A stretch of 64,000 nt of DNA from an uncultured Nitrososphaerales archaeon (GTDB taxonomy: Archaea; Thermoproteota; Nitrososphaeria; Nitrososphaerales; Nitrososphaeraceae): NCBI GenBank assembly GCA_963695855.1, contig CAVOHZ010000010.1:768001-832000 (forward strand). The letters run 5' to 3'. A program made the position numbers and the translations under genes. This document shows positions 41,549 to 51,753 of the stretch, piece after piece. The notes beneath the pieces are model-generated. The model saw only the letters and a list, made by a program, of their open reading frames with translations, did no database searches and was not told the origin of the DNA. Position 1 is the first letter of the stretch, and every line of letters starts with the position of its first letter.

Positions 41549-42001
41549 ATGGCTAAAGTTTATGATGTGCCAGCTGATAAATTTATAGAAAAATTAGCTG
41601 GATATTTAAAAAATGATAAAAAAATTGAACCTCCATCTTGGTCCTATTTTGTAAAAACTGGGCCTCATACTGAAAAAATTCCTCAAAATAAAGATTGGTG
41701 GTACACCAGATGTGCTTCTCTCTTAAGAAAGGTGTACATTCATGGACCAGTTTCTGTAGCGGATCTAAAAGGTGAATATGGTGGGAAGAAACAAAGAGGA
41801 TACAATTTGGCACATCATGTAGATGCTAGTGGTGGAATAATTCGTACTGGTTTAAAACAGCTTGAGAATTCTGGTTACATAGTAAAAAAAGATAAGGGTA
41901 GAATAATTTCTGAAGATGGAATGAAGCGAGTGGATAGACTTGCAACTGAACTTCATAAAGAACTTCAAAAAGATTTTCCCGAGTTAGGCAGGTATTCCTG
42001 A
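41549..42001 (+). CDS. rps19e: 30S ribosomal protein S19e
   Basis: VYDVPA, VKTG.H.E..P, WWYTRCASLLRKVY and GR.IS..G. Confidence 0.97.
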   Translation: MAKVYDVPADKFIEKLAGYLKNDKKIEPPSWSYFVKTGPHTEKIPQNKDWWYTRCASLLRKVYIHGPVSVADLKGEYGGKKQRGYNLAHHVDASGGIIRTGLKQLENSGYIVKKDKGRIISEDGMKRVDRLATELHKELQKDFPELGRYS

Positions 42002-42013
42002 ACTTGATGAAAC

Positions 42014-42301
42014 ATGTCACTCCCACAAAATAATAATCCAAGCGAAGAAGATCGTAAAAGAGAAGCAGATGCAGATGCAATGCGTCAAAAGGTTTTGATG
42101 GTACTTTTGGATGCATCTGCGAGACAAAGATTAGCTAATGTTAGGATGGTCAAACCGGAACTAGCAAATGCCGTTGAAAACTATCTAGTAAATGCGGCCT
42201 CCTCTGGTCGGTTAAATCGTGCGTTGACTGATGACGAGCTAAAACAAATTTTATTGAGCATTCAAAGTCCCAAGAAAGATTTTAAAATTAATCGAATCTA
42301 G
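42014..42301 (+). CDS. PDCD5-like DNA-binding protein
   Basis: ARQRLANVRMVKPELA..VENYL and LTDDELKQIL; usual position after rps19e. Confidence 0.93.
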   Translation: MSLPQNNNPSEEDRKREADADAMRQKVLMVLLDASARQRLANVRMVKPELANAVENYLVNAASSGRLNRALTDDELKQILLSIQSPKKDFKINRI

Positions 42302-42395
42302 TATCACCAAAAGGATTACATAATATTGATTTGTGAATCCGTTGTACTATATAAGTACTATAACAACAGGCTAAATTTTCATTATTCTGATTAAA

Positions 42396-43052
42396 TTGTT
42401 AGACTGCTTTCTACATCCTAAATTGCTGATGAAGGTCATTTCACATATTGAAGCTGGAAGATTCGACTTAACAGAGTTTCAAAATACACTCGAACTAGAC
42501 AATGATTCTGTATTTCAAGTTATTGTAAAATATCTGCTGAACAACAATATAGGGCAATTATCTGAAAAAGATAAAACAATATCTTTTTCTCGTTCTGACA
42601 AAATTTGGATCACTCTGATTGCAATTAGGAGGGGTTGTGACATACAAGAATGTTCTAGATTACTGTCATGGCAAGATTTTGAATCCTTGACTTCCCAAAT
42701 ATTAGGCCACTTTGAATACGATACCAAAGTTAATATCGTACTAACAAAACCACGATGTCAATTAGACGTAATAGCTATAAAAAACGACTTTCTAATTTCT
42801 ATTGATTGTAAGCATTGGAAAAATTATAGTAAATCCACTATTATGCCATATGTTGATAAACAAATAATACGTACTAAAAATTATTTACGCAGTAATAATA
42901 AAATAAAAAAGGCCCTTCCTATGCTTTTGACATTATACGATTCAAATTTTAAATTTATCAATGGTATACCAATTGTTCCTATAAGCTTTTTTAAATCATT
43001 TATATTTGAATTCGAATCTTTTAATGACAATATAGCGTATATATCAAGATAA
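42396..43052 (+). CDS. Mrr-like PD-(D/E)XK nuclease-domain protein
   Basis: LSWQDFE...IL..F.Y, QLDVIA and IDCKHW. Confidence 0.8.
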   Translation: MLDCFLHPKLLMKVISHIEAGRFDLTEFQNTLELDNDSVFQVIVKYLLNNNIGQLSEKDKTISFSRSDKIWITLIAIRRGCDIQECSRLLSWQDFESLTSQILGHFEYDTKVNIVLTKPRCQLDVIAIKNDFLISIDCKHWKNYSKSTIMPYVDKQIIRTKNYLRSNNKIKKALPMLLTLYDSNFKFINGIPIVPISFFKSFIFEFESFNDNIAYISR

Positions 43053-43151
43053 GTAAAATTTTAAATACAACTCAGTTATGATTAAAAAATTCAAATACTA
43101 TTAAAATTAAGATATACAAAAAGAAATGGGTAATCTCTACTTAATATTTAT

Positions 43152-43292
43152 TTATGTTGGGCGTCTTAGGCCAGATGCTATCACGTATGCCAATCCTACT
43201 GCTAACCCAAAAGTTAATGGAATCCACACCCCGAAAGTATCCATATTAATAGGAACATTTAGCTGCTGTATTAAATTACCAAGTATATCCAT
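43152..43292 (-). CDS. Small 46-aa single-pass membrane protein (not in the ORF track)
   Basis: Hand translation MDILGNLIQQLNVPINMDTFGVWIPLTFGLAVGLAYVIASGLRRPT*; hydrophobic helix followed by basic residues; TATA-like CTTATAAG ~30 bp upstream. Confidence 0.7.
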   Translation of the reverse strand: MDILGNLIQQLNVPINMDTFGVWIPLTFGLAVGLAYVIASGLRRPT

Positions 43293-43486
43293 TTTCTGTC
43301 TATGATAAGACCGAGGTTGCTTATAAGCGTTTAAAAAATATGGCTTTTTTTATAAACAGAAAATTTTGGTGAATCCCTAAAACGTTCTTTTGACAGTTTA
43401 TTTTCCCCTTTATTATCATTTGATGATCGCTAAAAGCATCTCACCAGCAGTTTTCCTTAAATAACCCTAATATCAAAAAAATCTAC

Positions 43487-43765
43487 ATGAAGATGCAAAA
43501 GGAGATGCGAAAATTCTGTCCTAAGTGTAAGACGCATACCACTCAATCTGTTTCATTATATAAGAAAGGAAAAGATAGAAAGACTGCTTTGGGGGCCAGA
43601 AGGCATGCAGAAGACAAGAAGGGATACGGCGGTCAAAAATTTCCTGAATTGAAACGTACAGCAAAAACAACTAAGAAAATTACCCTTAAGTACACGTGTA
43701 AAACCTGTCAAAGAAAATCCATGAGACAAGGTATGAGAATGCGAAAATTAGAAATTAGCGCCTAA
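43487..43765 (+). CDS. rpl44e: 50S ribosomal protein L44e
   Basis: FCPKCKTHT, GYGGQKFP and KTTKK..L...CKTC. Confidence 0.97.
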   Translation: MKMQKEMRKFCPKCKTHTTQSVSLYKKGKDRKTALGARRHAEDKKGYGGQKFPELKRTAKTTKKITLKYTCKTCQRKSMRQGMRMRKLEISA

Positions 43766-43786
43766 ATTAGTTATTGGTAATAAGAA

Positions 43787-43984
43787 ATGAATAAAGAGAA
43801 TATCTTAATTCCGCAACCATCGAGTGAGTATTTCACTATTCAATGCACAAAGTGCAATGATAAAATAATTATGTATTCCCATACGTCAAAGAATATTTAC
43901 TGCAAAACATGCAAAGAATTGTTAGCTCAAGCATCTGGGGGAAAAGCAAAGATATTTGGAAATATAATTGCGAATCTAGATTAG
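43787..43984 (+). CDS. rps27e: 30S ribosomal protein S27e
   Basis: IPQPSS.F..IQC..C...SH....CxxC...L....GGKA; follows rpl44e. Confidence 0.95.
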   Translation: MNKENILIPQPSSEYFTIQCTKCNDKIIMYSHTSKNIYCKTCKELLAQASGGKAKIFGNIIANLD

Positions 43985-44503
43985 TAACAATTAAACTTTC
44001 TTCGTAGTAATTCTTATTTTCAAAATATATAAAGCTATTCTATCAAATTACGATGTTTTGGCGATATCGTGGGAGTCAACAAACAACTAGCATAAAATGG
44101 GTCAATAATTGTTTATAATTGCTGTTTGGAATTCGAATTTTTTATAACCTAAAGCTACAAAATAAAATTATTAGACATTATTACATTAGTGATAGCAATG
44201 CTTACTTTTGATATGAAGAATTTTTGATAGATTTCGATTGAAGATGGCGATGTGAAATTTTACTGGGGAAACAAAAAACAAGGTTATTATTATAACAAAT
44301 AATTCTGGAATAAAAAAAAGATTCTATAAGAATATTGTTTTAGTTTTCATTCCTTATATGCTGGGATAGTATAATTTAAAAATAATAACATGTGTCCGAG
44401 ATAACAATCAAGTACATCCATAAAATTACCAGATGGAAACTAATGTTAAGAACATATTACTTGTTCATTGATTTTTAGCCTTGTCTTATGTAATTAAAAT
44501 ATT

Positions 44504-45154
44504 TCATGTTTTCAGCATTCTTTTCGCTTTCTCAAGATCGGATTTTTCATTTACATTAACTGCTATCCCTTTTTGATTTAATACTATGAATCTCTCCGGA
44601 ATCTCACGTCCAAAGTCATATATTTTACTTGGGTTAAAGATTTCAATTCCAGAATAACAGTACTCTTTATATTCATAGGTAAAGCAAACACTTGGCTTTA
44701 TTCCTAAACCTTCTACAAATTCTTTTTCTATTATTATGGAATTGCATGGAAATCGAAAATCGCATGATTTTAAAATCTCAATTATTTCATATTCTGATAA
44801 TAACGGTAGGTCTGCAGATACCACAAAAATCATGTCGTTAGGAAATTTTTTAACGATTGTAATTAGATCTAGGGAATAACTATCTCCATCCGTTTCAACA
44901 AATTCTAGGTCATCAATAATTTTTCTTTTAATTTTTTTTGCCAGAAATGATTTTGTTCTGACTGTGTTTTTACTGGTACAGATAACAATTTTTAGAAAAC
45001 GTTTGGTATTTATCAAATTTTCAATCAAATATTCTATCATTCTTTTGTTTCCCAGTTTTATCATAGGTTTGTCAGTCCGATAATTTTTTTTCATTCTAGT
45101 ACCTTTTCCACCACACATTATTATGGCAATAATATCCATCTTTTTTTTAGACAT
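44504..45154 (-). CDS. cobY: GTP:adenosylcobinamide-phosphate guanylyltransferase
   Basis: MCGGKGTRM, KPM, SADLPL and NVN..SDL; last gene of the cobalamin cluster. Confidence 0.85.
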   Translation of the reverse strand: MSKKKMDIIAIIMCGGKGTRMKKNYRTDKPMIKLGNKRMIEYLIENLINTKRFLKIVICTSKNTVRTKSFLAKKIKRKIIDDLEFVETDGDSYSLDLITIVKKFPNDMIFVVSADLPLLSEYEIIEILKSCDFRFPCNSIIIEKEFVEGLGIKPSVCFTYEYKEYCYSGIEIFNPSKIYDFGREIPERFIVLNQKGIAVNVNEKSDLEKAKRMLKT

Positions 45155-45156
45155 TA

Positions 45157-45915
45157 TTATATCGATCCCATAATAACAACATAAATAAAGTAAATAAAAA
45201 ATCTTGATAATTCGTTACAAGCTCCTATCACATCTCCAGATATTCCCCCTAAAGATCTATTAGAAATTAATAAGAGAAGTGAAGTTACAAGTAACATTCC
45301 AGCAACTGATAGTGCTATTTGGTAGACTCCTAGTCCAAAAATGATTAGTATTACAACCAACAGGATTGTTGATATGATAAACTTTTTTCTGTTCTTCATC
45401 TCAGTAATAAATATTGTATTTATTCCCTCCCATGCTGATTTACCTATGTAACATTGTAATACCATGCTATACTTAGAAAGAGTTTCAGCAATTATAATCA
45501 AAGAAAATAATTCAAATTTGTTGTTAATCTGAGACACTAAAACAATAACACCTACTATGTAGATAATAATTATTACAGTTCCAGCAGTTCCATTTCTTGG
45601 ATCCGTCATCACCTTATGTTTAATATCTTTAGAACCTCTTACCATCAATCCGTCTGCTAGGTCTGCAAGCGCATCTGTGTGGTGTAATCCCGTAAATGCA
45701 ATTAATGCAATTGTTACCATCATCCCAAGCATTAAATCTTGCAAATGGTCATATAGAATGAAGGCAAAAGATCCTACACTAAATCCTATTATGAATCCCA
45801 CAATTGGGAATAAATACATATTTTTTGCTATATAGCTAATATCATAACCTTTTCTTTTCGTTACCGGTATAATGGTTAAAAAAGATAAAACGGAAAATAT
45901 ATTATCAAATGCCAA
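45157..45915 (-). CDS. cobS: Cobalamin 5'-phosphate synthase
   Basis: SFLTIIP, TGLHHTDALADLADG and GGISGDVIGA. Confidence 0.93.
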   Translation of the reverse strand: MAFDNIFSVLSFLTIIPVTKRKGYDISYIAKNMYLFPIVGFIIGFSVGSFAFILYDHLQDLMLGMMVTIALIAFTGLHHTDALADLADGLMVRGSKDIKHKVMTDPRNGTAGTVIIIIYIVGVIVLVSQINNKFELFSLIIIAETLSKYSMVLQCYIGKSAWEGINTIFITEMKNRKKFIISTILLVVILIIFGLGVYQIALSVAGMLLVTSLLLLISNRSLGGISGDVIGACNELSRFFIYFIYVVIMGSI

Positions 45916-46885
45916 AGACTATCGACCACCATTTCAAAAAGTCTAACAATAGTATAGTTGGAATAGAGATTAATAGACAAAATAGTATTGTTGTTATCTT
46001 CATTATTTTTATTGCAACTATACATTTTTGAATAGATAATATCTCCTCAGGATCGCCTAATGCATAATGATCTATTTTTTCTAATCTTATCTTCAATGCT
46101 CCTGCCATTGCAGACATCGGATGGCCAGAGTTTACACTAATTGAACAATTACGATCACGTATTAGAATTTTAATAGAATTTTTCCAATCAGCCCTTGCTA
46201 TAATCGATGAAATTATCATTAGCAAAGATGTGATTCTGGCTGGTATATAATTCGCAAATGTATCAGCTTTAGCAGCCATCCATCCAATATTAACAAAATA
46301 ATTGTTTCTATATCCAATCATAGAATCCAAGGTATTAATTATTCTGAACACAAAGGCTCCAGTTGGACCAAAAAAAGAAAAATAAAATAAAGGTGATATT
46401 ATACCATCTACTGTACTATCTGCTATAGATTCTACTGCCGCTGATAGGATATGTTGTTCATCCAGTTTTTGGGTATCTCTGCCTACGATGAAGGACAGTT
46501 TTAGACGCGCATTACCAATATCATTTCTCTTCAACGCGTTCACAATATCATCAATATGTTTGCCCATATTTTTAATGGCAATTGTACTGTAAAGTAGATA
46601 AATTGATAGTATAAAAAATATATAGAAATTAATATTTTTCAAATAAATTAAAAAGACTTGAACGAGAAATGCAGATATCACTATAAAAGATATTGTTAAA
46701 ACCACTCCTCTGATCTTTTCTTCATGCTGGTTTTCTTTTTCAGTTATCTTTAATTTTGGGATAAAATATTTTACTATTTTACCGATCCATGAGACGGGAT
46801 GAAACCTATTACTAGGGTCACCAAACGCCAGATCTATAGTTAGAGAAAGAATTAGGATAAAGATAATATGTATTGATGATATCAT
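45905..46885 (-). CDS. cbiB: Adenosylcobinamide-phosphate synthase
   Basis: GDP...HPV, VGRDT, ES.ADS.VDG..SPLFY, NTLDSMIGY and NSGHPMSAMAGAL. Confidence 0.93.
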   Translation of the reverse strand: MISSIHIIFILILSLTIDLAFGDPSNRFHPVSWIGKIVKYFIPKLKITEKENQHEEKIRGVVLTISFIVISAFLVQVFLIYLKNINFYIFFILSIYLLYSTIAIKNMGKHIDDIVNALKRNDIGNARLKLSFIVGRDTQKLDEQHILSAAVESIADSTVDGIISPLFYFSFFGPTGAFVFRIINTLDSMIGYRNNYFVNIGWMAAKADTFANYIPARITSLLMIISSIIARADWKNSIKILIRDRNCSISVNSGHPMSAMAGALKIRLEKIDHYALGDPEEILSIQKCIVAIKIMKITTILFCLLISIPTILLLDFLKWWSIVFGI

Positions 46886-47772
46886 CTGGTTAATTTCAAA
46901 ACCTTATCTAAAATAAATTCTAGTTTAATATTTTTTCTGATCTCTGTTGATAATATGTCTATTTGCTGGTCTAATATTTCTTTTGAATATGTGAAATGTT
47001 CGCCGTTATTATTATCATGGGTAAGGTCTATCTTAGTATTGGTACCGTCTAATGAGTCTTCCTCTGGTAAAGAAAAATCAATTTTTGGAATAATTCCGAG
47101 ACATTCCATATTTTTTGCTGATTGTACATATTTTATTGCATTTTTAAGTAAACTTTTATCACCACGAAATTTGTTTATTAAAAATCCTTTGACTAATTTT
47201 TGATGTTTGCTTTGCAATAATTCCATAGTTCCTACAAGGCTTGCAAAACAACCTCCTCTTTCGATGTCCGATATGAGTAGAACGGGACTTTTCGTTTTTT
47301 CAGCTAGCAACATATTAGCTATATCATATTTTGCTATGTTAATTTCGGCAGGAGACCCAGCTCCTTCTACAATCAATATATCATTGTCTTTTCTCAAAGT
47401 CTTCATTGATTCCAAGACCATGGGCAAGCCAGTCTGTAAGACAAAATCTTTATAGTATTTAGAAGCTGTCATCTCTGCATAAAATTTTCCTTTAATAAAG
47501 ACTCTGCTTCTATAATCCCCTAGAGGCATCAATAAAATAGGGTTAATTTTCCAACTAGGTTTTTTTCTTGCAGCAATTGCTTGTACTGCCTGAATATTTG
47601 ATATTACCTCCGATTTAGAAATATTGAAAATTTTTGACGACATGTTCTGCGCCTTGAATGGACAAACACGAAACCCTAGATCAGACAAAATTCTGCACAA
47701 TGCAATAACTAATGTACTTTTTCCTGCACCAGAAGAAGTGCCCTGAACCATCAATATTTTTGCCTGTTCCAA
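46882..47772 (-). CDS. cbiP: Cobyric acid synthase, synthetase domain only
   Basis: MVQGTSSGAGKS, PFKAQNMS, EGAGSPAEIN, DIERGG, INKFRGD and PEEDS; ends before any glutaminase domain. Confidence 0.9.
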   Translation of the reverse strand: MEQAKILMVQGTSSGAGKSTLVIALCRILSDLGFRVCPFKAQNMSSKIFNISKSEVISNIQAVQAIAARKKPSWKINPILLMPLGDYRSRVFIKGKFYAEMTASKYYKDFVLQTGLPMVLESMKTLRKDNDILIVEGAGSPAEINIAKYDIANMLLAEKTKSPVLLISDIERGGCFASLVGTMELLQSKHQKLVKGFLINKFRGDKSLLKNAIKYVQSAKNMECLGIIPKIDFSLPEEDSLDGTNTKIDLTHDNNNGEHFTYSKEILDQQIDILSTEIRKNIKLEFILDKVLKLTR

Positions 47773-47823
47773 ATTGTTTTTTACCTTCTATCTGTGCACA
47801 TTTTAATTATCAATACTGACCCA

Positions 47824-49002
47824 TTAATTATTAATATTTTTCTCCATGTTTTCTAAAGCAGTTAAAAGAAGTTCATTTTCGCTACGAGTTTTTACTGCAA
47901 TTCTGATAAACTCATTCGACATTCCTCTAAAACTGCTACAGTCACGAACCAAGATACCATAATTTTTCAACAATTCTTCTTTGTACCATGTAGAATCCTT
48001 ATTTTTTAACTTGATCAATAAAAAATTAGCTTCTGAATTATATGCGACCAAACCCTTCATTTTTTCTCTTAGTGCTTTCAACATCCGAATTTTCTCTTTT
48101 TCTATTATTTTTTTAGCTCTCACTAAGTGATCTTGATCATTAAGTGCTTCTATTCCTGCAATTTGAGCTACACCATTTACATTCCATGCAATTTGATTCA
48201 AGTTTATTTTTGTTATTAAAGAAGGATTTGCAACTAAATAACCTAGTCGCAAACCTGCTAAACCAAATGACTTTGTCATAGATCTTAATATTATTAGATT
48301 ATCATATTCCATCACATCTGAAATCATTGAATTCCTTTCATAATTTTTTACAAATTCTATAAAACTTTCATCAATTAATACTAATGTTGACTTGTTCTTT
48401 GCCTCTTTCATAATTTTTTTGATTATTTCTACTGGCGTTAATATACCAGTTGGGTTATTAGGATTGCAAAGGAATAGGATATTGTTGTTTCTTTTTTTTA
48501 GTTTTTTGATCATGAGATCATTATCAATTTGAAAATTTTCTAATGGATCGATGAAATCAACTTTTAAATCCATTCTTCTAACTGCCAATTCATATTCGCA
48601 AAATGTAGGAATTGGAATGAATGCTTTATACGGAAATGTTCTAACAAATTGATGTATTAGTTCAGTAGCTCCATTTCCTACTGTAATACATTCAGGATGG
48701 ATATTATAATCTAAATATTTTGAAATTCTTCTTCTTAATTCTCTACATTTTGGATCTGGATATGTGATTGAAACATTTCTAATATTCTGCGATATCATGC
48801 TTAATACTTTTCTTGAAATTCCGAGAGGATTGATATTTGAACTAAAATCTATTCTTATTTCCTGATTATTATCTGTTGAATATAATCCTCCATGAGTACA
48901 TGAATCTAATCTTTTAAATTCAGTGTGATCATTCATATAAGAATTCTCTCGATCATAGTTGGGCTTTATCAAATCTCTGATGAACAAGATTGATATTTCC
49001 AA
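47824..49002 (-). CDS. cobD: L-threonine-O-3-phosphate decarboxylase
   Basis: HGG, DFSSNINPLG, YPDP, GNGATELI, CNPNNPTG and RSMTKSFGLAGLRLGY; in the cobalamin cluster; true start may be downstream. Confidence 0.85.
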   Translation of the reverse strand: MEISILFIRDLIKPNYDRENSYMNDHTEFKRLDSCTHGGLYSTDNNQEIRIDFSSNINPLGISRKVLSMISQNIRNVSITYPDPKCRELRRRISKYLDYNIHPECITVGNGATELIHQFVRTFPYKAFIPIPTFCEYELAVRRMDLKVDFIDPLENFQIDNDLMIKKLKKRNNNILFLCNPNNPTGILTPVEIIKKIMKEAKNKSTLVLIDESFIEFVKNYERNSMISDVMEYDNLIILRSMTKSFGLAGLRLGYLVANPSLITKINLNQIAWNVNGVAQIAGIEALNDQDHLVRAKKIIEKEKIRMLKALREKMKGLVAYNSEANFLLIKLKNKDSTWYKEELLKNYGILVRDCSSFRGMSNEFIRIAVKTRSENELLLTALENMEKNINN

Positions 49003-49070
49003 TCATGTAAATAGTTTGTTTGCTTGAATAACGATTATTAGATCGTTGTTATTTATTTAATTGCTGTAAT

Positions 49071-50147
49071 ATGTTAAAAGTAGCGTTAATAGGTTCTACC
49101 GGTGCAGTTGGACAAGAATTTGTAATAGCACTTGCAAACCATCCTTGGTTTGAATTACAGGATATAGCCTCATCTGAAAGATCAGCGGGAAAAAAATATA
49201 TCGATGCCATTAGAGACCAAAACACAGGTATACTAAAATGGCATAACAAAGAACAAGTTCCAGATTATATTAAAGAAAAAGTTGTAAGTAAGGTTGATGA
49301 CATAGATCCTAAAAATTATGATCTTATTTTTACTGCGTTAGAATCATCAGACGCACAAATGATTGAGCCAAAAATGGCTGAAATAACTCCGGTTATAAGT
49401 ACAGCTGCTGCTTTCAGGTATCAAGACGATGTTCCAATATTGATTCCAGGGATTAATGATGAACATGTAGAATTATTGAACATCCAAAAGAAAAACAGAC
49501 AATGGAAAGGGTTTGTGTGTCCGCTACCTAATTGTACAACCACCGGTTTGGCAATTTCTCTGAAACCTATATTAGACAATTTTGGCATCGAAAGTATTTT
49601 TATGACTTCAATGCAAGCTCTTTCTGGAGCTGGAAGATCTCCTGGAGTTGCTGCTTTAGATATAATAGACAATGTCATACCATTTATTCCAAAAGAAGAA
49701 GAAAAGGTGCAAGTAGAAACCAAAAAGATCCTTGGATCCCTTACAGATAGTTCTATATCTCCTTCAACAGTTAAGGTTAGTTGTACTTGTACTAGAGTAC
49801 CTGTTTTAGATGGCCATACAGAAACAGTATTTGTGGAGACAAAAACTCCTGTTGATCCAGACCAAGTAAAACAAGCAATGATCAATTTTTCAGATTCTGT
49901 CAAACTCAGCGGATTACCGTCATCACCAAAGCAATACATAATAGTTCATGATGACCCTACTAGACCTCAACCCAGAATCGATAGGGAAATCAATGATGGG
50001 ATGACTACATTTGTTGGAAGATTACGAAAGGATACTGTATTTGACAATGGAATTAAGTATGTACTTTTATCTCACAATGAAAAGATGGGTTCAGCAAAAG
50101 GTGCAGTACTTTTAGCTGAATTGCTAAAATCTAAGAATATGATATAG
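49071..50147 (+). CDS. asd: Aspartate-semialdehyde dehydrogenase (archaeal type)
   Basis: GSTGAVGQ, PNCTT, MQALSGAG, RVPVLDGH and RPQPR. Confidence 0.93.
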   Translation: MLKVALIGSTGAVGQEFVIALANHPWFELQDIASSERSAGKKYIDAIRDQNTGILKWHNKEQVPDYIKEKVVSKVDDIDPKNYDLIFTALESSDAQMIEPKMAEITPVISTAAAFRYQDDVPILIPGINDEHVELLNIQKKNRQWKGFVCPLPNCTTTGLAISLKPILDNFGIESIFMTSMQALSGAGRSPGVAALDIIDNVIPFIPKEEEKVQVETKKILGSLTDSSISPSTVKVSCTCTRVPVLDGHTETVFVETKTPVDPDQVKQAMINFSDSVKLSGLPSSPKQYIIVHDDPTRPQPRIDREINDGMTTFVGRLRKDTVFDNGIKYVLLSHNEKMGSAKGAVLLAELLKSKNMI

Positions 50148-50245
50148 AGAATATGACATAGAATGGTGGAGATTTTTTTAATTTTAAGATATAAATATCA
50201 AAACATAGAATCAGTTATGACATAACACGAGTTGAGAGTTAAACT

Positions 50246-51133
50246 GTGATTCGACAAGTAACATTAGGAAAAAAAGTAAAAAATTATTATGAATTAACAA
50301 AACCAAAAATATGGTATTTGTTAGTTTTTACTGCTTTCGGATCCGCTCTTACTGCTTCTTTCCTATTTGATATCCCGATTAGTGTTGTTACGTGGATTCT
50401 GTTATTAGGTGGAGTGGCAGCAGGTTCTGCTGCAGCCGATACTCTAACTGGTTATAACGATAGGGATATTGATGCAATAATGGAAAGAACAAAAGATAGA
50501 CCTATTCCATCAGGAAGAATTTCCCCCAAGAATGCTTTAATATTTGGTTTAATTTTAATGGCAATCTCTTTGGTATTTTCTTGGTTCATAAATATCTGGG
50601 CATTTATTCTGATGATATTCGGTCTTTTTGATAATATAATTATTTACAGTAAATGGTTAAAAAGACGGAGTCAGTCAAATATTATTCTAGGTGGATTTTC
50701 AGGAGCTGCCCCCGCTCTAATAGGATATCTTGCTGTAACTACACAGAGTATTGAGATAGGTCTAGTAATGGCAGCTCTGGTATTTTTGTGGATACCAACG
50801 CATATTTGGAGTCTTGCTTTGCATGTGAAAAAAGATTATCAAAAGGCAAAGGTTCCAATGTTACCGGTAGTATCCGATGAGAAAACATCAGTCAGGATTA
50901 TTGCCGCAACTACTGTAATGATGATATTTTTTAGTATTCTGCCGTTTTTCTTTAATCAATTTGGTTTAATATATCTGATCACGACAAGTGTATTCGGAGC
51001 AGTAATGATGGCACTCTGTTTGTGGCTTTTGATTAAACCTACAGAACGTGCATCATGGACAGTTTTTAAATTTTCGAGTCCATATCTGACAGCCATATTT
51101 ATTGCATTTATTGTTGATTCATTCTTTCATTAA
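50246..51133 (+). CDS. cyoE: Protoheme IX farnesyltransferase (heme o synthase)
   Basis: ELTKPK, DRDIDAIMERT..RPIPSG, LKRR and W.PTH.WSLA...DY..A.VPMLP. Confidence 0.95.
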   Translation: MIRQVTLGKKVKNYYELTKPKIWYLLVFTAFGSALTASFLFDIPISVVTWILLLGGVAAGSAAADTLTGYNDRDIDAIMERTKDRPIPSGRISPKNALIFGLILMAISLVFSWFINIWAFILMIFGLFDNIIIYSKWLKRRSQSNIILGGFSGAAPALIGYLAVTTQSIEIGLVMAALVFLWIPTHIWSLALHVKKDYQKAKVPMLPVVSDEKTSVRIIAATTVMMIFFSILPFFFNQFGLIYLITTSVFGAVMMALCLWLLIKPTERASWTVFKFSSPYLTAIFIAFIVDSFFH

Positions 51134-51219
51134 ATACATCTACAAAGAACTATTTCATTTTATTTTCAGGAGATTTCTTTATTAAAATTTATTAAACAAT
51201 ATAGTTTTAATGTTATTGA

Positions 51220-51702
51220 ATGGGTCTTGATCATAATGAAGATTCAAATGAGCATGTAAAATCATGGATGGTTGAATGGGGTAAAATAATTGAAGAATTT
51301 GAAGATTATTCAAAGGCACTTGAACTTTTTGACTCAAAATCTTCTGAGGACGTGATTCTATACGAAGTTCAAAGAACTTTGTCTGACGGTTCTATTGTCA
51401 AAAAAATACCTATTCTTAATACCAAAAAGTCTCGTAAAAGAATGGAGGAGTTGGATAAAAAAAGACAAAAAGAAATCCAAAATCTTAAAAAAGAAGACCA
51501 GATTAAAAAACAAAAAGATGTCCCACAAAAAAATAGAATTCAAGACATAAAGTACAGAATAATATTTTTGATAGTTGTTGTTATTGCATTTTTTATCTTA
51601 CTTTATATTCTTAGTCAATTAGTTGCATCCTCCGATACTCTTCATTCTCACGTACTAGGATATGAAATCAAAACAATACAATCTAATATCGTTGAATATT
51701 AA
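51220..51702 (+). CDS. Hypothetical protein with a C-terminal transmembrane helix
   Basis: Charged N-terminal region followed by IIFLIVVVIAFFILLYIL. Confidence 0.7.
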   Translation: MGLDHNEDSNEHVKSWMVEWGKIIEEFEDYSKALELFDSKSSEDVILYEVQRTLSDGSIVKKIPILNTKKSRKRMEELDKKRQKEIQNLKKEDQIKKQKDVPQKNRIQDIKYRIIFLIVVVIAFFILLYILSQLVASSDTLHSHVLGYEIKTIQSNIVEY

Positions 51703-51753
51703 CAATAGGCGAATTATTACAAAATTATTCTGTATTCTTCTCCTTGTTGTCTT

